Below are positions 16,096 to 25,083 of a DNA stretch of 64,000 bases, piece after piece. The notes below the pieces were generated by a model. It was not told where the DNA came from. It saw only the letters and a program-made list of their open reading frames with translations, and did not search any database. Position numbers and translations under genes: made by a program. Source of the stretch: a virus; IMG/VR virus record IMGVR_UViG_3300036760_001538, positions 2,556-66,555 of that record. One strand, given 5' to 3'. The first letter of the stretch is position 1; every line of letters begins with the position of its first letter.

Positions 16096-18413
16096 GACCG
16101 GTCCGGCTGACCCTCGACAACTTCCTGTCCTATCGCGGCGAGCACACCATCGAGTTCGACGGCGTCACCCTCGCGGTGCTGAGCGGCCAGAACGGCGCGG
16201 GGAAGTCGAGCGTTGTGGACGCGATGCGCTTTGCCCTCTTCGGCCACACCCGCGGCGGCCTCGACGGCGTCATCACCGAAGGCGAGCAAGCCTGCCGCGC
16301 CGAGTTCGTCTTCGCCTTGGGGGAGGGCACCTACCTGGTGTCTCGGCAGCGCAGCCGCAAGGGAAATGGTAGCACGCTGCTGTCATTCCAGATGCTTACC
16401 CGCCAGAGCCTTGGTGAAGGCGGGTCAAACGGCGATGGTTGGTCAGTGCTGGACGGCAAGAGCGTGGCCGAGACCCAGGCGCGGATTGAGCAGACGCTGC
16501 GCCTAACCGACGACCTGTTCACCGTGACTGCCTGTGCCAATCAGGGCAATGTCGCCGCCTTCAGTCAAGCCAAGCCGGCAGAGCGCAAGCAGGTGCTCTC
16601 CGATATTCTCGACCTCGCCGCCTGGGAGCGCCGTGCCGAGATGACGCGGCAGATGGGGCGCGACCTGGCGGGGCAAATCGAGAGCGAACAGGCGCGCCAC
16701 GAGGCGCTACGTGCGGCTGCCGCTGCAGTGGACGGCTTACGGGAGCAGATCGCCCAGAACGAGGCGACACAGGGCGACGTGGTGCGCCAGTCGGCGCAAC
16801 ACGAAGGCGACCTTACCCAGGCGCAGGAGGCGAAAGAGGCGCTGCTGGCCGATCGTGAGGCCGACCGCGCTCGCCGCAAGGAACTTGACGATCTTGCCGC
16901 CCGGGCGCAACGGGCGCAAGCGGGCATAGGCGAAGCTGCGTCCCGGCTGGAGTCGCTGCGGCGGACTGCGAAAGACAAGCCGGCCATCCTCGAAGGCCTG
17001 CGGCGGGCCGAAGAGGCGCAGATCTACGCGCAGGAACTCGAAGCCAAACGCCAGGAGGATGAGTGCCTGCGCCACGAGGCTGAACTCGTCCGCCAACGCC
17101 AGCAGTCCGCAGTTGCGGAGCACGCCCGCAAGGTCGAAGCGCTGAAGGAGCGCGTCACCCACTTTCGCGCTGCCCACGAGCGCGAGGTCAAGAACCTGGA
17201 GCAGCGGCTTGCGCTGCTGAGCAAGCAGAGCGAAGTGCTGGACGAGGTGCCGTGCGCCAACCCGGTTGACGAGGCCACGCGCCCCTCGTTCTTCGCTATT
17301 CGAGACAAGTGCCCGCTGATCGCCCAAGCGCGAGACGCCCGGACGGCGCTGCCCGCGCTCGAAGAGCGAATGCGGAAGTTGCAGTCAGAGCAGCCGTGGG
17401 CCGAGGACGAGCGTCGGCTACAGGAACTGCAGGCGCAGACAGCCGGTGATGAAGAGGCCGCCCGTCTGCGCGAGATCGCCGAGCAACGTGCGGAGGTGGC
17501 GTACGAGCCCAAGGAGCACGCCGAGGCGAAGCGCCAGGCAGGGCGCCTCCAGGAACTCCAGCAGGCACTGCGGGGAGTCGAGCGCGCCGAAGCCCAGATG
17601 GCTGAGGTGCAGGTCAACCTCGGCGCGATTCAGGCCGAGGCGAAGCAGATCGCGGAGCGCAAGGCCGCCTTGGAGAAGGAGCTCGGCCCGCAGCGCAACT
17701 GGGATGCGATGCTCGCCCAGGTGGAGCGCAGCCTCAAGGAGACGCGGGCAGCGCTTGGCGATCTCCAGGCTCGCGTCCAGTCCCTCCGACAGCAGCGCGG
17801 AAGCCTCGAGGAGCGCCTGCGAGCTGCTGAACAAGCAGCCAAGGAAGCCGAGGAGCTTGCGGCTGCACTGCGCGAGAACGAGCGCCGTTTGCAGGTGCTC
17901 AAGGTGCTCGCCCAGGCCTTCGGCAAGCAGGGCATCCCTGCCTTGCTAATCGAGAAGGCCGTGCCCGACCTGGAGGCCGTCGCCAACGACGTGCTGTCGG
18001 TGCTGAGCGACGGCCGCATGTCCCTGGAGCTTCGCAGCCAGCGGGAGACCAAGGCGAAGACGCTCCAGGAGACGCTGGACATCATCATCGCCGACGAGCA
18101 CGGCTCGCGGCCCTACGAGAACTTCTCCGGGGGCGAGGCGATGAGAGTCGACCTCGCCCTGCGCATTGCGCTGTCCGTGCTGCTTGCGAGCCGGGCCGGC
18201 GCGCGGTGCGAACTGCTTGTGCTGGACGAAACCTGCGCTCCGCTCGATGCCCAGGGGCGGGCGCTGTTCGTCGAGTCTCTCCAGAAGATCGCAGACCACT
18301 TCGCCACAATTCTGGTCATCACCCACGTGGAGGAACTCAAGGATTTGTTTCCCTTCCGCTTCGACGTCACGAAGAACGCGGAAGGCAGCCGCGTCAACCT
18401 TGTCGCCGCGTGA
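16092..18413 (+). CDS. sbcC: SbcC/Rad50-like SMC ATPase
   Basis: GQNGAGKSS, long coiled coil, FSGGE signature, VLDE, ITH. Confidence 0.9.
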   Translation: MRPVRLTLDNFLSYRGEHTIEFDGVTLAVLSGQNGAGKSSVVDAMRFALFGHTRGGLDGVITEGEQACRAEFVFALGEGTYLVSRQRSRKGNGSTLLSFQMLTRQSLGEGGSNGDGWSVLDGKSVAETQARIEQTLRLTDDLFTVTACANQGNVAAFSQAKPAERKQVLSDILDLAAWERRAEMTRQMGRDLAGQIESEQARHEALRAAAAAVDGLREQIAQNEATQGDVVRQSAQHEGDLTQAQEAKEALLADREADRARRKELDDLAARAQRAQAGIGEAASRLESLRRTAKDKPAILEGLRRAEEAQIYAQELEAKRQEDECLRHEAELVRQRQQSAVAEHARKVEALKERVTHFRAAHEREVKNLEQRLALLSKQSEVLDEVPCANPVDEATRPSFFAIRDKCPLIAQARDARTALPALEERMRKLQSEQPWAEDERRLQELQAQTAGDEEAARLREIAEQRAEVAYEPKEHAEAKRQAGRLQELQQALRGVERAEAQMAEVQVNLGAIQAEAKQIAERKAALEKELGPQRNWDAMLAQVERSLKETRAALGDLQARVQSLRQQRGSLEERLRAAEQAAKEAEELAAALRENERRLQVLKVLAQAFGKQGIPALLIEKAVPDLEAVANDVLSVLSDGRMSLELRSQRETKAKTLQETLDIIIADEHGSRPYENFSGGEAMRVDLALRIALSVLLASRAGARCELLVLDETCAPLDAQGRALFVESLQKIADHFATILVITHVEELKDLFPFRFDVTKNAEGSRVNLVAA
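16398..16425 (+). repeat. REP-like palindrome family B, in frame in sbcC
   Basis: ACCCGCC-AGAGCCTTGGTGAA-GGCGGGT, encoding TRQSLGEGG. Confidence 0.55.
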
Positions 18414-18426
18414 ACCGCGGCGACAC

Positions 18427-18458
18427 GCCCCGGCTTTCGGGCCGGGGCTGTTCTTCTT
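18427..18458 (+). terminator. Intrinsic terminator after sbcC
   Basis: GCCCCGGC-TTTCGG-GCCGGGGC followed by TGTTCTTCTT. Confidence 0.65.
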
Positions 18459-18472
18459 CACACGAGGACATT

Positions 18473-18826
18473 ATGCAGACCACATCTCGAAGGCCGCTCC
18501 GTCGTGTGCGGTGGGGACGTATCGCCGAGACCGGTTTCCTCGCTCTCATGCTGTTCTACGTGTTCGGCTATGTCTACTGGCACTTCTGGGCGTTCATCTT
18601 CTCGCCCGCGGCGGCCTGGATTATCACCGCGCTCGTGTGCGGCGGGCTGCCAGCGGCGTTCCTCTGCGGCAGGCTCTGGCGCGCGTCGTGCCACGGCTGC
18701 CGGGAGCGCGACGCCACCATCAATCTGCTTGAGGATCGGGTAGTCGAGCTGCTCCGAGAGCGGGACCGCCTGCGCTTTCGGATTCACAACAAGCTCGCTG
18801 AGACCATATGCGGGAAGTCCGAATAG
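18473..18826 (+). CDS. Small membrane protein
   Basis: ATG 18473 with GAGGA RBS; two hydrophobic segments and a coiled-coil tail. Confidence 0.6.
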   Translation: MQTTSRRPLRRVRWGRIAETGFLALMLFYVFGYVYWHFWAFIFSPAAAWIITALVCGGLPAAFLCGRLWRASCHGCRERDATINLLEDRVVELLRERDRLRFRIHNKLAETICGKSE

Positions 18827-20535
18827 GCCATTGCGTGGATGTGCTGCGGGAAATGGAGGCAGAGAGCGTCCAGTGTGTTGTCACGTCCCCGCCCTATTGG
18901 GGAAAACGCTGCTATGACGGGGAGCAGGAAACGGCCTGGGGAGGCGGTACCGCCTGCGAACACGATTGGGTCTCTCGCCGCTACTACACCGAACGGTCCG
19001 CCGGAAAGAGCGGCAAGGAGGCCTTCGCGGAGGCCGGGGAGGCGAATAGCGAACGGCTCAAGGCAGCACGCTGGCGACAAGACGCGGTTTGCACCAGGTG
19101 CAGAGCCTGGCTGGGGGCCTACGGGCTGGAGCCGACCATCGACCTATACGTGCAGCATACCGCTGAGATCCTGCAGGCGATCCGGCGCGTGCTCCGGCCC
19201 GACGGAGTCGTTTGGTGGAATCTGGGAGATTCCCGGGCGGGAAGCGGCGGCGCACACACCGAGCACCACCGGAACCCCGGGATCTCCAAATCGTGGAAAC
19301 GCCGCGGCGTCCCCCATTGGGGAGCGCTCGGTCAGCCAGGTAACTACCTCGCGCCGAAGGGCCTCAAGCCCAAAGACTTGTGCTTGATTCCTTTCCGCGT
19401 CGCGTTGGCGGCACAGGGGTTTGCCGTGGTCTCCGGCGCCGAGATCCTCAAGGCGGCCGATCTCCTGGGCGAGGCGCGCCGAGTCGGAGACTGGAGTCTG
19501 GTGGAGATGGTGGAGAACCTGCTACGGCAATGGGCGCTGTTGTGTCTCGTCGCTCCGGAGACGCAGTGGGTCAGGTCGGTGATCGTCTGGGACAAGCCCA
19601 ACCCCTTACCGGAATCGACGAATGATAGGGCGACCGATGCCCACGAGTACATTCTCCTGCTGGCGAAGAACGAGCGCTATTTCTATGACGCTGACGCCGT
19701 GCGGGAACCGAACCATCCCGACGGCCGGCGGGTAACCCGCGTCGTCGGCGGCAACGGAAGCATTCAGCATCGGGACGGCGAAAGGTGGCCCAATCCCTCC
19801 GGTCGCAATCTCCGGAGCGTCTGGACTTTCCCGACGCGCGGCTATCCCGGTGCCCACTTTGCGGTCTTTCCTCCCGAGCTACCGAGACGCTGCATCCTGG
19901 CCGGCACGCCTCCCAAGGTCTGCGCAACCTGTGCAACTCCCTGGCGGCGTCAGACGCGGCGGGAAGTTGATAATACGGGGTACCCGGGCGGACCCGGCGG
20001 CAACTACGCGTCGAAAGGCCGGCCGCCGGGCGGGCAAGAGCATGCGGACTCAAGTACGCTCGGCAAGGTTGCACGCTACCGGGTGACTACGCTCGGCTGG
20101 CAGCCAACCTGCAGCTGTCATGGGGAGCCATCGACCAAGACGGCTGACTGCGAAGCCTGCCAGGGAACGGGTATTGAGCAGGCCTATCCCGGCGAAGGGC
20201 CGAACACCGCCGACCGCAACAAGGAGCCGTATGCCGGCAACAACCCCCATCTCCTGCGGCTGGAGAAGCAGCCGACGGGCAAACTGTGTCCAGAATGCGG
20301 CGGGACGGGCAAGACAACTGTCGAGGTATGGAGTCAGGAAGCGCTTGAACGCTGGGCGACACGTCCGGCCATTGTGCTCGACCCTTTCGCAGGTAGCGGC
20401 ACCACGCTGATGGTCGCCGAGGAACTCGGCCGATGGTGGATCGGCATAGACATCTGCGAAGACTACCTGCCGCAGATCCGAAAGCGCACCGCCCAACGGT
20501 CGCTGGCTGGAGCCTTTGAGAATGCGACGCACTGA
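18808..20535 (+). CDS. N4/N6 DNA methyltransferase (beta class) with Zn-finger insertions
   Basis: VTSPPY, HFAVFP, LDPFAGSGTT; inserted CEACQGTG and CPECGGTG motifs. Confidence 0.9.
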   Translation: MREVRIGHCVDVLREMEAESVQCVVTSPPYWGKRCYDGEQETAWGGGTACEHDWVSRRYYTERSAGKSGKEAFAEAGEANSERLKAARWRQDAVCTRCRAWLGAYGLEPTIDLYVQHTAEILQAIRRVLRPDGVVWWNLGDSRAGSGGAHTEHHRNPGISKSWKRRGVPHWGALGQPGNYLAPKGLKPKDLCLIPFRVALAAQGFAVVSGAEILKAADLLGEARRVGDWSLVEMVENLLRQWALLCLVAPETQWVRSVIVWDKPNPLPESTNDRATDAHEYILLLAKNERYFYDADAVREPNHPDGRRVTRVVGGNGSIQHRDGERWPNPSGRNLRSVWTFPTRGYPGAHFAVFPPELPRRCILAGTPPKVCATCATPWRRQTRREVDNTGYPGGPGGNYASKGRPPGGQEHADSSTLGKVARYRVTTLGWQPTCSCHGEPSTKTADCEACQGTGIEQAYPGEGPNTADRNKEPYAGNNPHLLRLEKQPTGKLCPECGGTGKTTVEVWSQEALERWATRPAIVLDPFAGSGTTLMVAEELGRWWIGIDICEDYLPQIRKRTAQRSLAGAFENATH

Positions 20536-20857
20536 GGTTGGCCCGGCAATGACTCGGAGGGAGTTCAAGCGCGCTCTGGCTGCGCAGCTCGAGTCCGTCG
20601 AAGGTCTGGTGAATCGGCGGAACGCGGCCTACGCCGGCGCCGATGCTCTCAAGTGCTGGCGGAAGCGGGGCCTCGCCGGCCTGCTGGTACGGCTGGAGGA
20701 CAAGCTCGCCAGGTTCGACACCTTCATGGAGCGGGGCGGGGTGACGGAAGCAGAGTGGCGGGAGTTGCTGAGCGATATCGCCGGCTACGCCCTGTGCGGG
20801 CTGGTGTGGCTGGCGCATGGTAGCGATCCCAGCATCGGAGACGGACGCGATGAATAG
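20522..20857 (+). CDS. Nucleotide-modification-associated (DUF1599/MazG-like) protein
   Basis: RRNAAYAG...VRLEDKLARF...LSDIAGYA pattern; start may be 20549. Confidence 0.6.
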   Translation: MRRTEVGPAMTRREFKRALAAQLESVEGLVNRRNAAYAGADALKCWRKRGLAGLLVRLEDKLARFDTFMERGGVTEAEWRELLSDIAGYALCGLVWLAHGSDPSIGDGRDE

Positions 20858-21059
20858 CCGCCGCGGTCAGAAGACCGACTGCGCACGCTGCCGATACCGG
20901 GGGCCGAGGGTGCATGTGAACGGAGCAGTCTATGCGACCTGTCTGCGCCACCGCATGGATGGCGAGGCGCATGCGCTGCCGCAGGAGTGGCTGGAGGCGA
21001 TGGAATCCGAGAAAGTGCGCTGCGATCTGTTCCAACCTGCGCTGCGGAGGGCGGCCTGA
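20850..21059 (+). CDS. Small Cys-rich hypothetical protein
   Basis: CARCRY...CDLF; overlaps both neighbours. Confidence 0.55.
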   Translation: MNSRRGQKTDCARCRYRGPRVHVNGAVYATCLRHRMDGEAHALPQEWLEAMESEKVRCDLFQPALRRAA

Positions 21060-22096
21060 TGCCCTGGCGTGGGTTCGAGGCCCTGCCACCCTATTTCGGC
21101 GGGAAGAGGCGGCTCTGCCCGCGCATCTTCCGGGAGATAACGCGGGTGCATCCGCGCGAGACATGGCCGTCGCTGCGTCTGGTTGACCCGTTCCTGGGCG
21201 GCGGGAGCGTCAGCCTCTATGCCAAGGCGCAGGGCTTCGGCGTGCTGTGCGGCGACCTGGCAGAGCGGAGCGTGATCATCGGGAAGGCGCTGGTTGAGAA
21301 TGACGGCGTGAGACTGGACGAGCAAGACCTGCTGCGGCTGTTCGTGCCAGCCGAAGGCAACGGACACGTGATCGAGCGGAACTATGTGCCCGACTGCTTC
21401 GCGCTCACCTCGGCGCAGTTCCTGGACAACGCCTTCGCCGTGGTGGAGCAGGTCGAAGACGCGACGAAGAGGTCGCTGCTGCGCCTGCTGCTGATCAAGT
21501 ACATCTACTGGCTGCGGCCGCACTCGAAGTTCTCGTCTCCGGGGGCCTTCAACCGGCCCTTCGCTGAAGGCCGCTACGACGACATCAAGGCGACCTACAA
21601 GCACGCCATCGCCGCCAACGCGAGCCACCCGCTGCTGGCAGTGCGGGCGCTGGCAAAGGATATCAACCGGGCGATAGCGCGTGGCTCACAGCCGTGCCAG
21701 ACGATGAAGGGCGATGCGCTGGAGACCATCCGCGCCGGCGAGGGGGCAGAGGTGCTCTACCTGGACCCGCCTTACAGCGGCACGCTTTCCTATGAGGAAG
21801 AGTATCGCATCCTAGACGAGATACTGGGAGAGCGCCATCAGCCGAGCGCGTTCTCCGAGCGCGACGGGCTGAACCACTTCGCTTCGTTGCTGGAGCAGTG
21901 TGGAGCCTACCCGCTCTGGGTGATCTCCTACGGGAACGCGGTGGCCGACCTCGGTGCGGTGCGGGGGGCGGTCGAGCGGTTCCGCCCGACGCAGGCAGTG
22001 GAGATCGCCTACTCCCACATGAACGCGGTGGCCACCCAGGCAAAGCGGGAGGCGAACCGCGAGTTCATCATACTCGCTGGAGAGATGCTGAGATGA
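21059..22096 (+). CDS. Dam/D12-class DNA adenine methyltransferase
   Basis: PYFGGKRRL, DPFLGGGSV, YLDPPY. Confidence 0.88.
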   Translation: MPWRGFEALPPYFGGKRRLCPRIFREITRVHPRETWPSLRLVDPFLGGGSVSLYAKAQGFGVLCGDLAERSVIIGKALVENDGVRLDEQDLLRLFVPAEGNGHVIERNYVPDCFALTSAQFLDNAFAVVEQVEDATKRSLLRLLLIKYIYWLRPHSKFSSPGAFNRPFAEGRYDDIKATYKHAIAANASHPLLAVRALAKDINRAIARGSQPCQTMKGDALETIRAGEGAEVLYLDPPYSGTLSYEEEYRILDEILGERHQPSAFSERDGLNHFASLLEQCGAYPLWVISYGNAVADLGAVRGAVERFRPTQAVEIAYSHMNAVATQAKREANREFIILAGEMLR

Positions 22097-22437
22097 AGGT
22101 CTACGTGGCAGGCCCCTACACCCCACAAGACGGACGCGATGAGTCGCGCCTGGAGAACATTCGACGCGCGAGCCTGGCTGCGCAGCGGCTACTCAAAGCC
22201 GGCCATACGCCCTTTTGCCCGCACACCATGACGGCGGGCTGGGAGGAGAGCTGCGGTTATGAGGACTTCCTACGGCTGGGCATGGCGTGGCTGGCAACCT
22301 GCGACGCCATCCTGCTGCTGCCAGGCTGGGAGCAGAGCAAAGGCGCGCGGCGGGAGTATGAGGAGGCTGTGACGTTGGGTCTGTTGATCACAGACGACCT
22401 GGAGAGTCTGGTTTCCGGAGGTGTGGACCATGTCTGA
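22093..22437 (+). CDS. Nucleoside 2-deoxyribosyltransferase-like protein (DUF1937/DUF4406-like)
   Basis: MKVYVAGPYT...PFCPH...CDAILLLPGWEQSKGARRE. Confidence 0.8.
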   Translation: MKVYVAGPYTPQDGRDESRLENIRRASLAAQRLLKAGHTPFCPHTMTAGWEESCGYEDFLRLGMAWLATCDAILLLPGWEQSKGARREYEEAVTLGLLITDDLESLVSGGVDHV

Positions 22438-23119
22438 GATGATCCCGCGAGAGCGCATTCGACCGAATGACTGGAACGCCAACGCCTTCGATCCGGCCAA
22501 CTACCCAAAGTTGGTAGAGAGCATTCGCGATAAGGGCATCATGGAGCCGCTCAAGGTCATGCCCGATCCTGAGCGCGAAGGCGACCCTTCGACCGGCTCA
22601 GGGCAAGGCTTCTTGCTGGTGGACGGCTACCATCGCTGGAAGGCGGCCGGCGACCTCGGCCTCGAAGAGCTGCCCTGCGAGGTGTGGGACATCTCGCCCG
22701 AGGAGGCGAAGGTGCGGGGCCTCCAGCTCAACTACCTGCGGGGTCAGCCAATACCAGTCCGGCTCGCCAACCTGGTGCATGATCTGAACCGCACCTACTC
22801 TGTAGACGATCTGGCGAGCATGCTGCCCTGGTCGGAGAGCCAACTGCGTGATTCGTTGGAGTTGCTGAAGCTTCCGGCCGACCTGCAGGGCAAGCTGGAG
22901 GAACAGGCCATGCGGGAGGCTGCCGAAGCGCCAGTTCCGGTGACGGTGGTGCTGTTGGGCAAGGAGCATGACTATTTCCAACGAGCGATGCAGCAGGCGA
23001 AACAGCGACTGGGCAAAGGCGCACGACGCGGAGAGTGCCTGGCCACAATCTGCAGTCATTTCATAAGCGGGCACATGCCCTCCGAAGAAACCGCAGAAAC
23101 GGAGACAGCGGATGAGTGA
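22430..23119 (+). CDS. ParB/Srx-family protein
   Basis: PNDWNAN...LVESIRDKGIMEPLKV...LVDGYHRW. Confidence 0.85.
   Translation: MSEMIPRERIRPNDWNANAFDPANYPKLVESIRDKGIMEPLKVMPDPEREGDPSTGSGQGFLLVDGYHRWKAAGDLGLEELPCEVWDISPEEAKVRGLQLNYLRGQPIPVRLANLVHDLNRTYSVDDLASMLPWSESQLRDSLELLKLPADLQGKLEEQAMREAAEAPVPVTVVLLGKEHDYFQRAMQQAKQRLGKGARRGECLATICSHFISGHMPSEETAETETADE
22568..22607. repeat. REP-like palindrome family A, inverted pair in frame in the ParB gene
   Basis: CCTGAGCGCGAAGG-CGA-CCCTTCGACCGGCTCAGGGCAAG; adds DPSTGSGQG before the conserved LVDG. Confidence 0.65.
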
Positions 23120-24476
23120 GCCATTGGCGTCCCCCTCGGCCGCGCTCGGGGTAAACGTAAGCACTGAGTATGAGATAGAACTCTGGCCTATCGCGCGCCT
23201 GCAGGCTAATCCGCGCAACTACCGCTCCCACCCGCCGGAGCAGATACAGGTGCTGCGAGCGAGTCTGCTGCGCCACGGCCAGCAAAAGCCCATCGTGGTG
23301 ACACCGGAAGGCGTCATCCTGGCGGGGCATGGGGTGCTCGTGGCCGCAAAGGCTGCTGGCTGGCTCGAAGTGGCCGTCAAGGTCTATACCAGCAGCAATC
23401 CGGGAGCCTACCTGCTCGATGACAACGAGACGGTACGTCTCGCGGTGGACGACGAGCAGATCCTGGCCCGCCTTCTGCAGGAGCGCCAGCAGGCAGGCAC
23501 GCTGGATTCCACCGGCTGGGATGAAGATTCGCTGCGTGAGCTTCTCTCCCGTCTGGAGACCGGACAGGAATCCGGGCTGATCGACCCGGGCCCGGGTGAA
23601 CCGCCAGCCGAGCCCTTCACCCGGAGTGGAGACATCTGGGAGCTGGGCGAGCACCGGCTGATCTGCGGGGATGCCCGCGATCCGGACACGTTGGAGTTAC
23701 TTCTGGAAGGCAGCAAAGCCCAACTGGCTATCACCTCGCCTCCCTACGGCGTCGGCAAGGAGTACGAGGAGAAAGGCATTACGCCCTGGTTTGAGACCGT
23801 CAAGCCGGTGATCGAGAACCTGGGCCGGTGTGCCGAGATCGTCTGCTGGCAGATGGTGGACTTGTATGCGACCGGCACCCAGTTCATCGAGCCCACGCTC
23901 GCCTATTCCATCCAACTCTTCATGCAGGCGGGGATGCGGCCCATCTGGATTCGTATCTGGGAGAAGCAGGGCTTGAACTTCGGAGTGGGACCCTATCACC
24001 TCGTCTCCAACAAACCGGCGCAGCAGTACGAGTATGTGGCGACGTTTGCAGAGGAGAATGCAGCTCTCGAAATGCCCGAAGAGCGGCCCTATGCCTTCGT
24101 CACGGCTTTCGCCCAGGCGCAGCATCGCTTTGTGCAACGGCTGACCCAGGTGGAGCGCAAGGCCTGGGGATATGCGGGCGTCTGGAAGATCAACACGGTG
24201 CACGCCAACGATCTGCATCCGGCAATGTTCCCCGTCGAGCTGCCGGAACGCTGCTTGAAGATGCACTCGGACGTGGGCGGGCTGATCCTGGAGCCGTTCT
24301 GCGGCGCGGGCACGACGCTCATCGCGGCCGAACGGCTGGGACGGCGTTGCCGCGCGGTGGAACTGCAGCCGGCCTACTGCGATGTCACCATCGTGCGCTG
24401 GCAACAGATGACGGGCAAGGAGGCGATCCGCGCGGGCGACGGGGCGCGGTTTCCCAGGCGTGCGGAGGCGGGATAA
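23112..24476 (+). CDS. ParB-N domain fused to an N4/N6 DNA methyltransferase
   Basis: NPRNYRSH...ILAGHG; GDIWELGEHRLICGD; TSPPY; HPAMFP; EPFCGAGTT. Confidence 0.9.
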   Translation: MSEPLASPSAALGVNVSTEYEIELWPIARLQANPRNYRSHPPEQIQVLRASLLRHGQQKPIVVTPEGVILAGHGVLVAAKAAGWLEVAVKVYTSSNPGAYLLDDNETVRLAVDDEQILARLLQERQQAGTLDSTGWDEDSLRELLSRLETGQESGLIDPGPGEPPAEPFTRSGDIWELGEHRLICGDARDPDTLELLLEGSKAQLAITSPPYGVGKEYEEKGITPWFETVKPVIENLGRCAEIVCWQMVDLYATGTQFIEPTLAYSIQLFMQAGMRPIWIRIWEKQGLNFGVGPYHLVSNKPAQQYEYVATFAEENAALEMPEERPYAFVTAFAQAQHRFVQRLTQVERKAWGYAGVWKINTVHANDLHPAMFPVELPERCLKMHSDVGGLILEPFCGAGTTLIAAERLGRRCRAVELQPAYCDVTIVRWQQMTGKEAIRAGDGARFPRRAEAG

Positions 24477-24513
24477 TGGCGCAAAATGACGCGCCCAGGG
24501 GGATGATGAGCTG

Positions 24514-25083
24514 ATGCCGCGAGGGACGCCGGAAGAACGAGAGGCGATTGCGCGCCGGCAGGAGCGGGTCTGGCACTTGCGCGTGGTGCGCAAACTGACC
24601 GAACACGAGGTCGGCCAGCTCATGAGCATCTCGCGGCGCACCATCACCCGCGACCTGGCGGCGATGCGAGCGCGAGGGCAGTCCGCGGTAGCCCTTTCGG
24701 CGGCTTCAGAGAAGGCGGTGGTGGACGCGGGGCTGCAAGCGGCCTCGGAGTTGGACGCCATCGTGCGGCAGGCCTGGACCGACTGCATGGCCGCTCCCGA
24801 CGGGTCGCTGGCGCGGGTGGGCTATCTCAACCTCGTTCTCAAATCCATCGGGGAACGGCTGCGCATCCTGCAGTCCCTTGGACTGATGAAGAAGGTTCCG
24901 GAGGAGGTGTTACTTGGTGACCTCGATTTGCGACGACTCAGCGACAGGGAGGCCGAATCTGCCCTTACCTTCCTCCGCGCGTGTGCGAGAGGCGCTGGAG
25001 GCCCGGCTGGCGGCCCTGCTGGAGGAGCGGCGGAATCCCAGGCCGTGGATCGAAGCGAACCTGTGGATTCGCACGAAGGATAG
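24514..25083 (+). CDS. Putative terminase small subunit (N-terminal HTH)
   Basis: TEHEVGQLMSISRRTITRDL HTH; directly upstream of and overlapping terL. Confidence 0.7.
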   Translation: MPRGTPEEREAIARRQERVWHLRVVRKLTEHEVGQLMSISRRTITRDLAAMRARGQSAVALSAASEKAVVDAGLQAASELDAIVRQAWTDCMAAPDGSLARVGYLNLVLKSIGERLRILQSLGLMKKVPEEVLLGDLDLRRLSDREAESALTFLRACARGAGGPAGGPAGGAAESQAVDRSEPVDSHEG

